From contig CAYXPQ010000003.1 in the NCBI GenBank assembly GCA_964467225.1, positions 4,276 through 68,275 on the forward strand: DNA of 64,000 bases, read 5' to 3'. The translations under genes and the position numbers were made by a program. The stretch comes from an uncultured Candidatus Saccharibacteria bacterium. Its GTDB lineage: Bacteria; Patescibacteriota; Minisyncoccia; Phycocordibacterales; PALSA-1337. The notes beneath the pieces were generated by a model. The model made no database searches and was not told where the DNA came from. It worked only from the letters and a program-made list of their open reading frames with translations. Below, piece after piece: positions 39,651 through 49,335 of the stretch (its first letter is position 1; every line of letters begins with the position of its first letter).

Positions 39651-40124
39651 TTAGTTCTTCGCAATTATTGCATCTGCTGCATTTGCTGTAATTGTCTTTC
39701 CCCAACATGGTGATGATGCACTCCATGGTGAAGCACCGAATTCTTTATATAGATACTTGGCATATGCTACGTTACCTTCAACGGTATGAATATCATAACC
39801 AAGTTTTGTTGCAGTTTCTAGGTGATATTTCTCATTAATTTGCATCACACCTACATCTGCCTTATTTACCTTACCTCTTATTAATACTCCATTCTTATCA
39901 TAGTGAGTAAATGTTGACTCACATCTAGCTATTTCAATAAGTATGGGTGTATCTGAATAGTGTTCATTTAGATACTTCTCTATTGCCTTTCTGTCTGTTG
40001 TTACGATAGCAGCAGACTTAGTAGTTGTATTTGGTTGAACATCTACACTGTCAGTTATTGATGCTACTTGTGTTCCGTACATTGATGACAAAAGAAATGC
40101 AAGTGTTGTTGTAAGTTCAATCAT
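39651..40124 (-). CDS. Lysozyme-like/SLT lytic transglycosylase
   Basis: IARCES, GVMQIN, GNVAYAKYLY, PW.AS..CW. Confidence 0.8.
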   Translation of the reverse strand: MIELTTTLAFLLSSMYGTQVASITDSVDVQPNTTTKSAAIVTTDRKAIEKYLNEHYSDTPILIEIARCESTFTHYDKNGVLIRGKVNKADVGVMQINEKYHLETATKLGYDIHTVEGNVAYAKYLYKEFGASPWSASSPCWGKTITANAADAIIAKN

Positions 40125-40351
40125 ATAATTTAAAACGAGGTATATGTAAGAATGAACTTACCTACGCCTCGTTAATAGATATATACTAGCATATCTGGAA
40201 ATCAATGTCAAGAGTTGAAAAGGTAAAATCACGATAATACCCTTATTTTACAAGGGTTTTCTGACAATACAATTTTAGGCATGTAAAGGGTTATAGACCG
40301 AGCATCGTAAAACTTGCATAAAACTCTCATATTGTATATACTGTTTTAACT

Positions 40352-40624
40352 ATGGCTACAAAGAAATCAGGAGGATCGACCCAAAATGGTAGAGATTCTA
40401 ATCCCAAATACCTGGGAGTTAAAGTTAATCACGGCGAGACTGTATCTACAGGCTCTATTATCGTTAGACAAAGAGGAACTAACGTTTTACCTGGTAGAAA
40501 TATTGGTATGGGTAAAGACCACACTCTATTTGCACTTAAGGATGGTAAAGTTGAATTTGCTACAAAGAGAATGACTCATTTTGATAATACAATTAAAAGA
40601 AAGAAAATTGTACATGTAATATAA
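40352..40624 (+). CDS. rpmA: 50S ribosomal protein L27
   Basis: [31 protein letters not shown]. Confidence 0.98.
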   Translation: MATKKSGGSTQNGRDSNPKYLGVKVNHGETVSTGSIIVRQRGTNVLPGRNIGMGKDHTLFALKDGKVEFATKRMTHFDNTIKRKKIVHVI

Positions 40625-40689
40625 CAAAAAACCGAATATTCTCCAGCGTTTGTTCAATGTTATTTCTATTTATTATTCTTATCGCTAAA

Positions 40690-41133
40690 TTAAGCAGATT
40701 TAATCTCTAAATTAAATCTAGCAATTATATTGTTGGCCTTAACTGGAATAGATATAATTCCAGCTTCTTTTATAGGTTTATCCAAAACAATATACTCTGG
40801 ATCAATTTGTAATCGTGTTTGCCTCTGAATTGCCTGAACAATTTCAAGTTTATTAATTCCTGCAAAAAGGTGACCTTTATCATTCATTTTTTCATTTAAA
40901 ACTATTGTAACACCTTCTAATTCCTTTAGATTTTTGTTTAATAGCTCTTCATGAACCTTTCTCTCCCCTTCATCTCTAGCTTTCTCTAATCCAATCCTTT
41001 TTACCACATCAGCAGTTGCTGCCACTGCCAATCCCTTTGGAATTAGTAAGTTCAAAGCATATCCATCGCTTATTTCTTTTATATCGTATTTCTTTCCAAC
41101 CTTTGCAATATCCTTCAATAATATTATTTTCAT
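40690..41133 (-). CDS. rplI: 50S ribosomal protein L9
   Basis: MKIILLKDI..VGK, DGYA.N.LIPKGLA, GHLFAG. Confidence 0.95.
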   Translation of the reverse strand: MKIILLKDIAKVGKKYDIKEISDGYALNLLIPKGLAVAATADVVKRIGLEKARDEGERKVHEELLNKNLKELEGVTIVLNEKMNDKGHLFAGINKLEIVQAIQRQTRLQIDPEYIVLDKPIKEAGIISIPVKANNIIARFNLEIKSA

Positions 41134-41145
41134 ATATCATGTATA

Positions 41146-42366
41146 TTAAGTCTCTTTTCGTAAAATTTCAACTGCCTTATCCAATTGAACGTCTTTTTTG
41201 TCTTCAATATCTTTTGGAGTTACTTTTACCTCGACATCTGGGGTTAATCCATCGTGTGATAAATTGTGACCTTTAGGAGTTAACCATCTAGCTATTGTAA
41301 CTTTGAGCGAAGTCTTTGAGGTTATTGGAACTAGCTCTTGTACAGATCCTTTACCAAAAGTTTTGGTTCCCACTAGCCTTGCAACTCCGTTCTCTTGCAA
41401 TGCTCCTGCCATAATTTCAGAAGCTGAAGCAGAACCACCGTCAACTAAAATTATTACCTTGTATTTATTTGGCCCCCCAAAATAACTATTGAAGATATTG
41501 TAGCCTTTACTTACATACAGCTTATTTGTGCTTTTTCCACCGAAGTCCTCAGTAACGATAACTTCACCGGAAGGCAAGAACCAGCTTGAAATATCCCAAG
41601 CAGCGTCCAAATATCCACCTGGATTGCCTCTTAGATCAATAATTATCTTATGCTTTCCAGACTGTATGAATTCCCTTAATGCATTTCTGAACAATTCAGG
41701 AGATTGAGCAGTAAAACTGAATAGTCTAATTATAAATATGTCTTCTTTTATTTCTGTTTCTAATGTTGGAATATCTATTATGTCTCTTACCAAAGATTTC
41801 TCAATTGGCAGACTCACTCCTTCTCTGATAAAAACAATCTTGACTGTCGTACCTCTTTCGCCTCTTATCTGTTTTACAGCTTTTTCAACCGTTAAATCAG
41901 TTGTTAATTCGCCATTTATTTTCATGATTTTATCACCTGCCTTTACCCCCGCCCTTTCAGCTGGACTATTCTTGACTGGAGAAACAACTGTCAATATTCC
42001 ATCCTTAATAGCAATTTCCATACCTACACCCTCAAAATTTCCAGCGATATCATTTTTGAATGATTTATTCTCTTCAGGAGGGAAAAATACAGTATATGGA
42101 TCGTTCTGTGATGCGGCGAGGCCTCTAATAGAACCCCAAATCCTTTCTTGAGTATCTGTCGTGGTCGCCGCGACATATTTATCACTTATTACACTCCATA
42201 CTTTCCAATATGGTTCAAATTGCTCAGCTGTAACCTTTTGTCCATCAGGGAAAATAGAATTCATCATTTTTCTTTCTCCATAATAACTACCAATATAAAA
42301 TGATACCAATAGAAGCACCAGACCAGCTAATCCGTAGGTCAGATATCTTTGTTGTTGATTATTCAT
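41146..42366 (-). CDS. S41 C-terminal processing protease (CtpA-like)
   Basis: DPY, PDZ domain, DLRGNPGG, SASASEI, TFGKGSVQ. Confidence 0.95.
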   Translation of the reverse strand: MNNQQQRYLTYGLAGLVLLLVSFYIGSYYGERKMMNSIFPDGQKVTAEQFEPYWKVWSVISDKYVAATTTDTQERIWGSIRGLAASQNDPYTVFFPPEENKSFKNDIAGNFEGVGMEIAIKDGILTVVSPVKNSPAERAGVKAGDKIMKINGELTTDLTVEKAVKQIRGERGTTVKIVFIREGVSLPIEKSLVRDIIDIPTLETEIKEDIFIIRLFSFTAQSPELFRNALREFIQSGKHKIIIDLRGNPGGYLDAAWDISSWFLPSGEVIVTEDFGGKSTNKLYVSKGYNIFNSYFGGPNKYKVIILVDGGSASASEIMAGALQENGVARLVGTKTFGKGSVQELVPITSKTSLKVTIARWLTPKGHNLSHDGLTPDVEVKVTPKDIEDKKDVQLDKAVEILRKET

Positions 42367-42394
42367 ATGATACTAGATTATACTATATTATGTA

Positions 42395-43315
42395 ATGATA
42401 ACAACTTATACATACAAAAATCTTTCCTGGCTTGATGTAGAATCACCAAACCAAGACGATGTTACGCTATTAATTAAGAAGCATGGATTACACCCTTTAG
42501 TAGGAGAAGAATTACTTTCCCCCACTAGAAAATCAAAAGTTGATATATATAAAAATTATATTTTTTTGGCTTTACATATACCTATAAGGACTAAAGTCGG
42601 GAGCAAATACATTGTTGTAGAGAAAGAAATAGATTTTGTCATTGGTAACAAATTCATAATAACTTCTAGAAATGAAGTTGTAGAGCCTCTGCACAGCTTC
42701 GCTCGAGTTTTTGAAACAAATTCAATACTTGATAAAAATGGACTAGGTGATCATGCTGGAATAATTTTCTACTACATGATGAAAAAGATCTACAATCATA
42801 TGAGTGAGGACCTAGAAAATATAAAAGATTCCCTCAATGATTCTGAAGACCATATATTCTTAGGCCACGAAAGAAAGATGGTTGAGGTTCTATCTGAATT
42901 ATCACGAGAATTAATTGATTTCAAGCAAACATCTAAATTACACAAAGAAGTATTAGAATCATTCTCTGATCTCCAAGAAGACTTCTTCGGATCTTCATTT
43001 CAACATTTTATTGATGATCTAAAAATTGATTATGGCACTGTGCACGAATTAGTTATAAGCAATAGAGAGTTATTAAATGATTTACGCGATACAAATGATT
43101 CACTTTTGTCTACCAAACAAAACGAAAATACCAAAATGTTCTCTATTCTTGCCTTTGTAACCTTCCCTATTATGGTATTTTTAGCATTATTGACTGTTCC
43201 AACAGTACATACTCCAATTATTGGTAATGCTTTTGATTGGGAAATAATATTTGGGATTGTCATAATTGCTGCTCTTGGTATGTTCTATTTCTTTAAGAAA
43301 AAAGGATGGCTATAA
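42395..43315 (+). CDS. CorA-family divalent cation transporter
   Basis: WLDV..P, LHPL..E, two C-terminal TMs ending FFKKKGWL; GMN motif absent. Confidence 0.8.
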   Translation: MITTYTYKNLSWLDVESPNQDDVTLLIKKHGLHPLVGEELLSPTRKSKVDIYKNYIFLALHIPIRTKVGSKYIVVEKEIDFVIGNKFIITSRNEVVEPLHSFARVFETNSILDKNGLGDHAGIIFYYMMKKIYNHMSEDLENIKDSLNDSEDHIFLGHERKMVEVLSELSRELIDFKQTSKLHKEVLESFSDLQEDFFGSSFQHFIDDLKIDYGTVHELVISNRELLNDLRDTNDSLLSTKQNENTKMFSILAFVTFPIMVFLALLTVPTVHTPIIGNAFDWEIIFGIVIIAALGMFYFFKKKGWL

Positions 43316-44706
43316 AAATATACAACACGCTGACTAGCCAGAAAGATGACTTTAAGCCCTTAGTGGAGGGTAAGGTAGGTATATATACTTGTGGTCCAAC
43401 TGTTTATGATACTGTTCACATTGGCAACCTTCGTTCATTTTTAATGTCAGATATTATAAGAAGAGTTTTTGAATATAACAATTTTTTTGTCACTCAAGTG
43501 ATGAATATAACTGATGTTGATGACAAAACAATCAAAAAAAGTAAAGAGAATAACACAACTCTAGAGAGGTTAACTCGTCATTACGAAACTTCATTTATTA
43601 ATGATATTCACAAGCTCAATATACTTACTCCCCACAAATTACTTAGGGCTACCGAAAATATTAAAGAGATGATTGAGATGATATCAATTTTACTCGAAAA
43701 AGGTATTGCATACAAAAGTAAAGATGGAATTTACTTTAGTATTGCTCTATCAAAGAATTATGGCCAATTAGCAAAATTAAAATTTGATGCTACAGATTCT
43801 TCAAAATTAAAGGAAAGGATCTCAAATGATGAGTACGAAAAAGAGAATCCTAGGGACTTCGTGCTATGGAAATTTACTACCGATGATGATAATGGAAATT
43901 CTTGGGAAGCTCCATTCGGTAATGGAAGACCAGGCTGGCATATTGAGTGTTCTGCGATGTCTACGAGAGTACTTGGTCCAACTATTGATATCCATACAGG
44001 TGGCACTGATTTAATATTCCCTCACCATACAAATGAAATAGCTCAATCTGAATGTGCAACTGATAAAAATTTTGTAAATTATTGGATACATGGTGCTTTC
44101 ATGAACGTAAATGACTCCAAAATGGCAAAATCAAAAGGAAATTTTGTTAAGCTATCTGATATTGAAGGTGCTTCTATCTCTCCAATTGCTTTTAGGTATT
44201 GGCTATTCACATCACATTATCGTACTCAGGTAAATTTTACATTTAATGCCGTAAAGTCTGCTCAAAATGCATTTATTAGATTTGTTGAAAGCTTTGTTAG
44301 GTTAAATGAAATAGAACACGAACATATTCATGCTTCAGCAAATCCAATTAATTACAGAGAGGAATTTCTAAATAAAATTAATGATGATTTTAATATGCCT
44401 GAGGCGCTGGCATTAGCTTGGGAATTGATTAAAGATCATACAATAGAGGCAAAAGAGAAAATTAGCCTATTACTGGATTTCGATAAAGTTTTTGGTCTTG
44501 GTTTGAAAACAGTACTTGAGATGCAAAACGATGAGATATCAAATATCCCATTAGAAATCACTACCCTTGCCGAAGCTCGAGAAGATGCAAGGAAGAATAA
44601 AGAATGGGAGAAGGCAGATGCATTGAGGAAAGAAATAGAACAAAGAGGATATGAAATCAAGGATGGAGTGAATGGTAAGTTTATACTAAACAGAATAAGC
44701 AAATAG
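43306..44706 (+). CDS. cysS: Cysteine--tRNA ligase
   Basis: CGPTVY..HIGN, GRPGWHIECS, FPHH.NE, KMAKS. Confidence 0.97.
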   Translation: MAIKIYNTLTSQKDDFKPLVEGKVGIYTCGPTVYDTVHIGNLRSFLMSDIIRRVFEYNNFFVTQVMNITDVDDKTIKKSKENNTTLERLTRHYETSFINDIHKLNILTPHKLLRATENIKEMIEMISILLEKGIAYKSKDGIYFSIALSKNYGQLAKLKFDATDSSKLKERISNDEYEKENPRDFVLWKFTTDDDNGNSWEAPFGNGRPGWHIECSAMSTRVLGPTIDIHTGGTDLIFPHHTNEIAQSECATDKNFVNYWIHGAFMNVNDSKMAKSKGNFVKLSDIEGASISPIAFRYWLFTSHYRTQVNFTFNAVKSAQNAFIRFVESFVRLNEIEHEHIHASANPINYREEFLNKINDDFNMPEALALAWELIKDHTIEAKEKISLLLDFDKVFGLGLKTVLEMQNDEISNIPLEITTLAEAREDARKNKEWEKADALRKEIEQRGYEIKDGVNGKFILNRISK

Positions 44707-44760
44707 ATTGATAGACAAGTATTGACATTATCACCTGAACATGTTAATTTAATTTTGGAT

Positions 44761-45051
44761 ATGAAAATCTCTTCTCCAAGGTTTAACAAGTTTACAATGC
44801 ACCTTATTATCATGCTGGAGTGTGAGAGGATTGCAAATCTGAAGTGGGTCATCCACAAACTCCAGAAATGGGGATTCAAAAAGGTTAGTGATAGCAAGGT
44901 CCGTTCGTCTTTCAAACATCTGTGTAAGAAGGGCTTTGTCCTTGAGCACAGGAAATTTTCAAACGATAAGAGAGCAAAATTCTACTCACTAACCCCGATG
45001 GGATTCTCGGTACTTCAGAGTATCAAAAGAGTTGTCACAGATACTTTCTAA
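44761..45051 (+). CDS. Winged-helix (PadR/MarR-like) regulator (cassette)
   Basis: KHL.KKGFV...DKRAKFYSLT..G; promoter TTGACA-17-TAATTT (44722-44750); terminator ~45072-45093. Confidence 0.7.
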   Translation: MKISSPRFNKFTMHLIIMLECERIANLKWVIHKLQKWGFKKVSDSKVRSSFKHLCKKGFVLEHRKFSNDKRAKFYSLTPMGFSVLQSIKRVVTDTF

Positions 45052-45172
45052 CTGACATCTCTTTACAAACACAGCCACCGTCAGGTGGTTTTTGTTTTGT
45101 TTTCCACATTTTCTCCCCTGTTAGTTAAGAATGTAAAATCCTACAAAAAGTTTAAAGTGATATAATGTCTCC

Positions 45173-46573
45173 ATGAGCCCAACCTCACCATATTTCAAAG
45201 CAAAAGATTTAAGAATTCCACCTCAGAGTTTAGAAGCTGAGCGTGCTTTGCTTGGATCAATAATGATTCGACCTGAAATGATGCATGAAGTAATGGATGT
45301 TGTTGATGAGAAGTCCTTTTATTCTGATCGCCACAAAATAATTTGGTCAATAATGGTTGAATTGCATAGTAAAGGTACTCCAATAGACTTACTTTCCCTT
45401 TCCTCAAGACTAAAGGATAAAGAAATGCTAGAAACTGCGGGTGGTATGAGTTATTTAACAGAATTAGTTCAAGAGGTTCCTTCATCAACAAATGCAAAAC
45501 ATTATGCAGAAATAGTTCAGAAGAAGCATATAATGAGAAATCTCATCAATGCTTCTGAATTCGTAGGTAATCTTGGATTTGATGAAGAGATGGATCTTGA
45601 AGAAACCCTCGATAAAGCTGAGAAAAAAATATTTGAAGTCACAAATTTCACTGGTACACACAAGTTTATTGAACTAAAGGATACTTTGGTAGATGCATGG
45701 GAAAGAATTGACAAATTACACAATACAAAAGATGAACTTAGAGGAATACCAACAGGTTTTACTTCTTTAGACAATAAACTGGCAGGATTACAAAAGTCAG
45801 ATTTGATAATTCTTGCTGCTCGACCATCCATGGGTAAAACTTCCCTAGCGCTTGATATTGCGCGCATGTCAGCAATAAATCACAAAGTTCCAGTGGGTAT
45901 CTTTTCATTGGAAATGAGTTCTCAACAGTTAGTTGATCGTATGTTAGCGGCAGAATCACAGGTTGACTCATGGAAGATACGTACAGGTCATAATTTATCT
46001 GTTGATAACGATTTTAAAGCCATCAGAGATGCTATGGATCGTCTATCTCAAGCCCCAATTTATATTGATGATCAACCCGCCAACAATATTCTAAAAATGC
46101 GTGCTGTAGCAAGAAGATTAAAGAGCGAGAAGGGACTAGGCTTGATTATAGTAGATTACCTTCAGCTAATGGTCCCAACTCAAAGCCGTAATTCAGACAA
46201 TGTCGTACAGCAAGTTACCGAAATCTCTCGCTCATTGAAGCAGCTCGCACGTGAGTTAGAAGTCCCTGTATTAGCCCTATCACAATTAAGCCGTGCAGTT
46301 GAGCAGCGTGGTGGTGAGCCTAGACTTTCTGACCTTCGTGACTCAGGATCTATAGAGCAAGATGCAGATGTAGTACTATTTATTCATCGTGAAGATAAAT
46401 ACAATAAAGATAGTGCTCGACCTAATATTGCTAAAATTATGATAGAAAAGCACAGAAATGGCCCTACTGGAATAGCTGAGCTATACTTCGATGACAAGAA
46501 AACATCTTTTATGAATTTGGATAAGAGTGACTTTGGCGAATTCGATCAACAGCAAAATGGATCCAATTTCTAA
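45173..46573 (+). CDS. dnaB: Replicative helicase DnaB
   Basis: PPQSLEAE, AARPSMGKT, SLEMS, VDYLQL, LSDLRDSGSIEQDAD. Confidence 0.98.
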   Translation: MSPTSPYFKAKDLRIPPQSLEAERALLGSIMIRPEMMHEVMDVVDEKSFYSDRHKIIWSIMVELHSKGTPIDLLSLSSRLKDKEMLETAGGMSYLTELVQEVPSSTNAKHYAEIVQKKHIMRNLINASEFVGNLGFDEEMDLEETLDKAEKKIFEVTNFTGTHKFIELKDTLVDAWERIDKLHNTKDELRGIPTGFTSLDNKLAGLQKSDLIILAARPSMGKTSLALDIARMSAINHKVPVGIFSLEMSSQQLVDRMLAAESQVDSWKIRTGHNLSVDNDFKAIRDAMDRLSQAPIYIDDQPANNILKMRAVARRLKSEKGLGLIIVDYLQLMVPTQSRNSDNVVQQVTEISRSLKQLARELEVPVLALSQLSRAVEQRGGEPRLSDLRDSGSIEQDADVVLFIHREDKYNKDSARPNIAKIMIEKHRNGPTGIAELYFDDKKTSFMNLDKSDFGEFDQQQNGSNF

Positions 46574-47165
46574 ATTAACAGAATACTTCAGAGAATTTCC
46601 CGGAATTGGCCCTAGACAAGCCAAGCGTTTTGTCTATTTTCTATTAACCAAAAATCCTTCATATCTAGAAGAGATGTCCAGACTTATTACAGAGATAAAA
46701 AAGAATATCAAAGTTTGCTCTTCTTGCTTCCGATTTTATCAAAACGGCAGTTCTATAGTTTGTAATATTTGTTCAAATATTAATAGAGATAATTCTCAAC
46801 TAATGATTGTTTCTAGAGATGTAGATTTTGAAGCAATAGAGAAAAGTAAAGTCTATAATGGACTATATTTGATTCTAGGAGGAACGATACCTATTCTAGA
46901 CAAGGAGCCAGAGAAAAAAGTTAGACTAAATGAGCTGAGTAAAAGGCTTTCCCAAGGAAATATAAAAGAGATAATACTTTCCTTAAATGCAAATGCTGAG
47001 GGTGAACACACAGCAGAATTTATTAGAAATTATATAAAGTCTAAATTTCCTGATTCTAATTTAAATATAACTGTCTTGGGTAGAGGGCTCTCTACAGGTA
47101 CAGAACTTGAATATTCTGATACAGATACCATCAAAAATGCTTTGAAAAATAGGGAGAGGATATAG
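46557..47165 (+). CDS. recR: Recombination protein RecR
   Basis: PGIGPRQA.R, C..C...C..C zinc finger, EGE.TA, ELEY.D; ATG at 46557. Confidence 0.95.
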   Translation: MDPISKLTEYFREFPGIGPRQAKRFVYFLLTKNPSYLEEMSRLITEIKKNIKVCSSCFRFYQNGSSIVCNICSNINRDNSQLMIVSRDVDFEAIEKSKVYNGLYLILGGTIPILDKEPEKKVRLNELSKRLSQGNIKEIILSLNANAEGEHTAEFIRNYIKSKFPDSNLNITVLGRGLSTGTELEYSDTDTIKNALKNRERI

Positions 47166-47171
47166 AGTTTA

Positions 47172-47489
47172 TTATTTCAACCCCTCAATCTTTACCTCAA
47201 AATATGGCTGTCTATGACCATTCTTCTTGAAATACTTACTCTTCTGCTTGTATTTAATAACATTAACCTTAGCTGCACGGCCAATCTTAGTGATTGATCC
47301 TGTTACCTTGGCACCTGAGATAAAAGGTGTGCCAATTGTAGTATCTGTTCCATTATCTACTAGTAATACTTTATCAAAAACGACCTTATCGCCTTCTTTA
47401 TAATCTCCAATAAGCTTCTCAATTCTTACAACATCGCCTACTGCGACCTTATATTGTTTTCCTCCTGTTTGTATTACTGCAAATTCCAT
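47172..47489 (-). CDS. rplU: 50S ribosomal protein L21
   Basis: AVIQTGGKQYKV, GHRQ. Confidence 0.98.
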   Translation of the reverse strand: MEFAVIQTGGKQYKVAVGDVVRIEKLIGDYKEGDKVVFDKVLLVDNGTDTTIGTPFISGAKVTGSITKIGRAAKVNVIKYKQKSKYFKKNGHRQPYFEVKIEGLK

Positions 47490-47501
47490 AGTTACACTAT
47501 C

Positions 47502-48557
47502 TTACACTATCTCTTCTGGATGGTCAACAGTCAAAGATTCTATTTTAGGGCTTTGCCCTGTTATTCTTAGAATATCTTTATCTACTTTCTTTAATTCCTT
47601 ATTTGAGTTATTGTAATGATTTACAACGGTAGACAAGGAGCTGCCAAGCTTTGAATGATATTCTTCATACTTTTTTAGGTGATTTCCTAGCTCATCTACC
47701 CTTTTAATTATATCTTTTGCAGTTTCTTCAATCTGTAAAGCCTTTAATCCCTGTAATACAGTCTGCAAATACGCCAAAAATGATGTTGGTGATACTATTA
47801 TTACCTTATATTTATTAGCAGCTCTTTGTATTAGATTATCGGTCTCTTCAGTAACAGCTCCAATCTTATTAACCAATAAGTCATAATAAATAGCCTCATG
47901 AGGAATGAACATAAAAGCAAATTCCATTGTCCCTTCAGCAGGACGAACATATTTTGCGGTTTCTTGTATTCTAATTTTTAAATCAGAAACAAATGCCTTC
48001 TCGTACTTTTCCTTTTCTATAGGATTACTCTCTTGGACTAATTTGTTGTAATTCTCTAGAGAAAATTTGGAATCAATAGGAATTACCTTTTCCCTTACAA
48101 ATACAACTGCATCAACTACTTCCCCATTTACAAATGGATATTGCATCTTGTATTGAGTAGGAGCAAGGACATTTCTTAATAGGGTTTCCAAATAATATTC
48201 TCCTAATATTCCGCGATGTTTAGGGTTCTTGAGAATATCTTGCAAATTTTGTAGTTGATCTGCGAAGGAGACTACCTGCCTATTAGTCTCGTCCAGCTTA
48301 GTAAGTCCTGCTGTTACTTCTTTAATCATTCTTGTAGACTCTGATAATTGAGCCTGCATAGACTCACGCATATTTTTGGCATTTTCGCCTATTTTGCTAT
48401 CTACTGTCCTATTTAATTCATTTAATTGTTCTAATATTAATTTTAGGCCAATCTCTTCCTTTCCAATGGATTGTTGGGGCCTTTTTAGGAAAAATAGAAC
48501 AAACAGAAAAATAATTATAAGCAATGAAATTATTAGAATAATGATGAGTGGCTCCAT
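47502..48557 (-). CDS. rmuC: DNA recombination protein RmuC
   Basis: K.RG.LGE..LE, IPIDSKF, FAFMFIP.E, VSPT; ATG at 48557. Confidence 0.9.
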   Translation of the reverse strand: MEPLIIILIISLLIIIFLFVLFFLKRPQQSIGKEEIGLKLILEQLNELNRTVDSKIGENAKNMRESMQAQLSESTRMIKEVTAGLTKLDETNRQVVSFADQLQNLQDILKNPKHRGILGEYYLETLLRNVLAPTQYKMQYPFVNGEVVDAVVFVREKVIPIDSKFSLENYNKLVQESNPIEKEKYEKAFVSDLKIRIQETAKYVRPAEGTMEFAFMFIPHEAIYYDLLVNKIGAVTEETDNLIQRAANKYKVIIVSPTSFLAYLQTVLQGLKALQIEETAKDIIKRVDELGNHLKKYEEYHSKLGSSLSTVVNHYNNSNKELKKVDKDILRITGQSPKIESLTVDHPEEIV

Positions 48558-48578
48558 ATATGCTATTATATCAACATT

Positions 48579-49031
48579 ATGAAAATACACGAAACAATCA
48601 AAAAACAACTAGTTGAAGCTATGAGAGCTAAGGATTCAATCAAGCTTGATGTAATAAGAGGGCTATTGAGTGCCTTCACAAACGAATTAATTTCCAAAAG
48701 CAGCTCAGAAACATTTCTAGATGATGAGAGTACTCTTGCGCTTATCAGACGAAGTGTAAAACAGCACAAGGACTCTATTGAACAATTCGAGAAAGGCGGA
48801 AGAGCTGATCTAGCAGACAAAGAAAAAGCTGAACTAAAAACCTTAGAGACCTATCTTCCCCAAATGATGTCTAGAGATGAAATAAAAACCCTTGCCGAAA
48901 AAAAGCTTCAAGAATTAGGCAACATTGATAAAGCTAAAGTTGGCCAATTTATTGGCTCTTTGATGAAAGAATTGAAAGGCAAAGCAGATGGAGCAGATGT
49001 AAAAGCAGTTGTGGATGAAATGGTAAAATAG
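48579..49031 (+). CDS. GatB/YqeY domain protein
   Basis: AMRAKD, DSIEQF..GGR.DL...E..E...YLP, KGKADG. Confidence 0.93.
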   Translation: MKIHETIKKQLVEAMRAKDSIKLDVIRGLLSAFTNELISKSSSETFLDDESTLALIRRSVKQHKDSIEQFEKGGRADLADKEKAELKTLETYLPQMMSRDEIKTLAEKKLQELGNIDKAKVGQFIGSLMKELKGKADGADVKAVVDEMVK

Positions 49032-49034
49032 AGA

Positions 49035-49315
49035 TTGACAACTCCTGTTTTTAGGTATATTATTAAATACCGGTATGAGCTCTCAACAATTGGAATTTCC
49101 AGCTCTTTGCAGAGTTGGCCAAGTAGTGAATGCTCATGTGGTTACTCAACAACCACAGTCGGTCCGGCGACCTTTGAGGATTGGTCGACGGAGACGGTCT
49201 TTCAATACCACCGTAGCAACTTGGGGGGTAGCTGCTTCACTACCCACCGGAGACCGAGACTAAAGTCCAGAGGACACAATCCCCACACTGACTGTACGTA
49301 GTGTGGGGATTTCTT
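49035..49315 (+). other. Promoter-to-terminator unit with a weak 62-aa ORF (49075-49263) or a structured RNA
   Basis: TTGACA 49035-49040, TATTAT 49058-49063; hairpin AATCCCCACACT...AGTGTGGGGATT 49278-49311; GC-rich. Confidence 0.5.
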
Positions 49316-49335
49316 ATTGTAATTCTTTAAATAAT

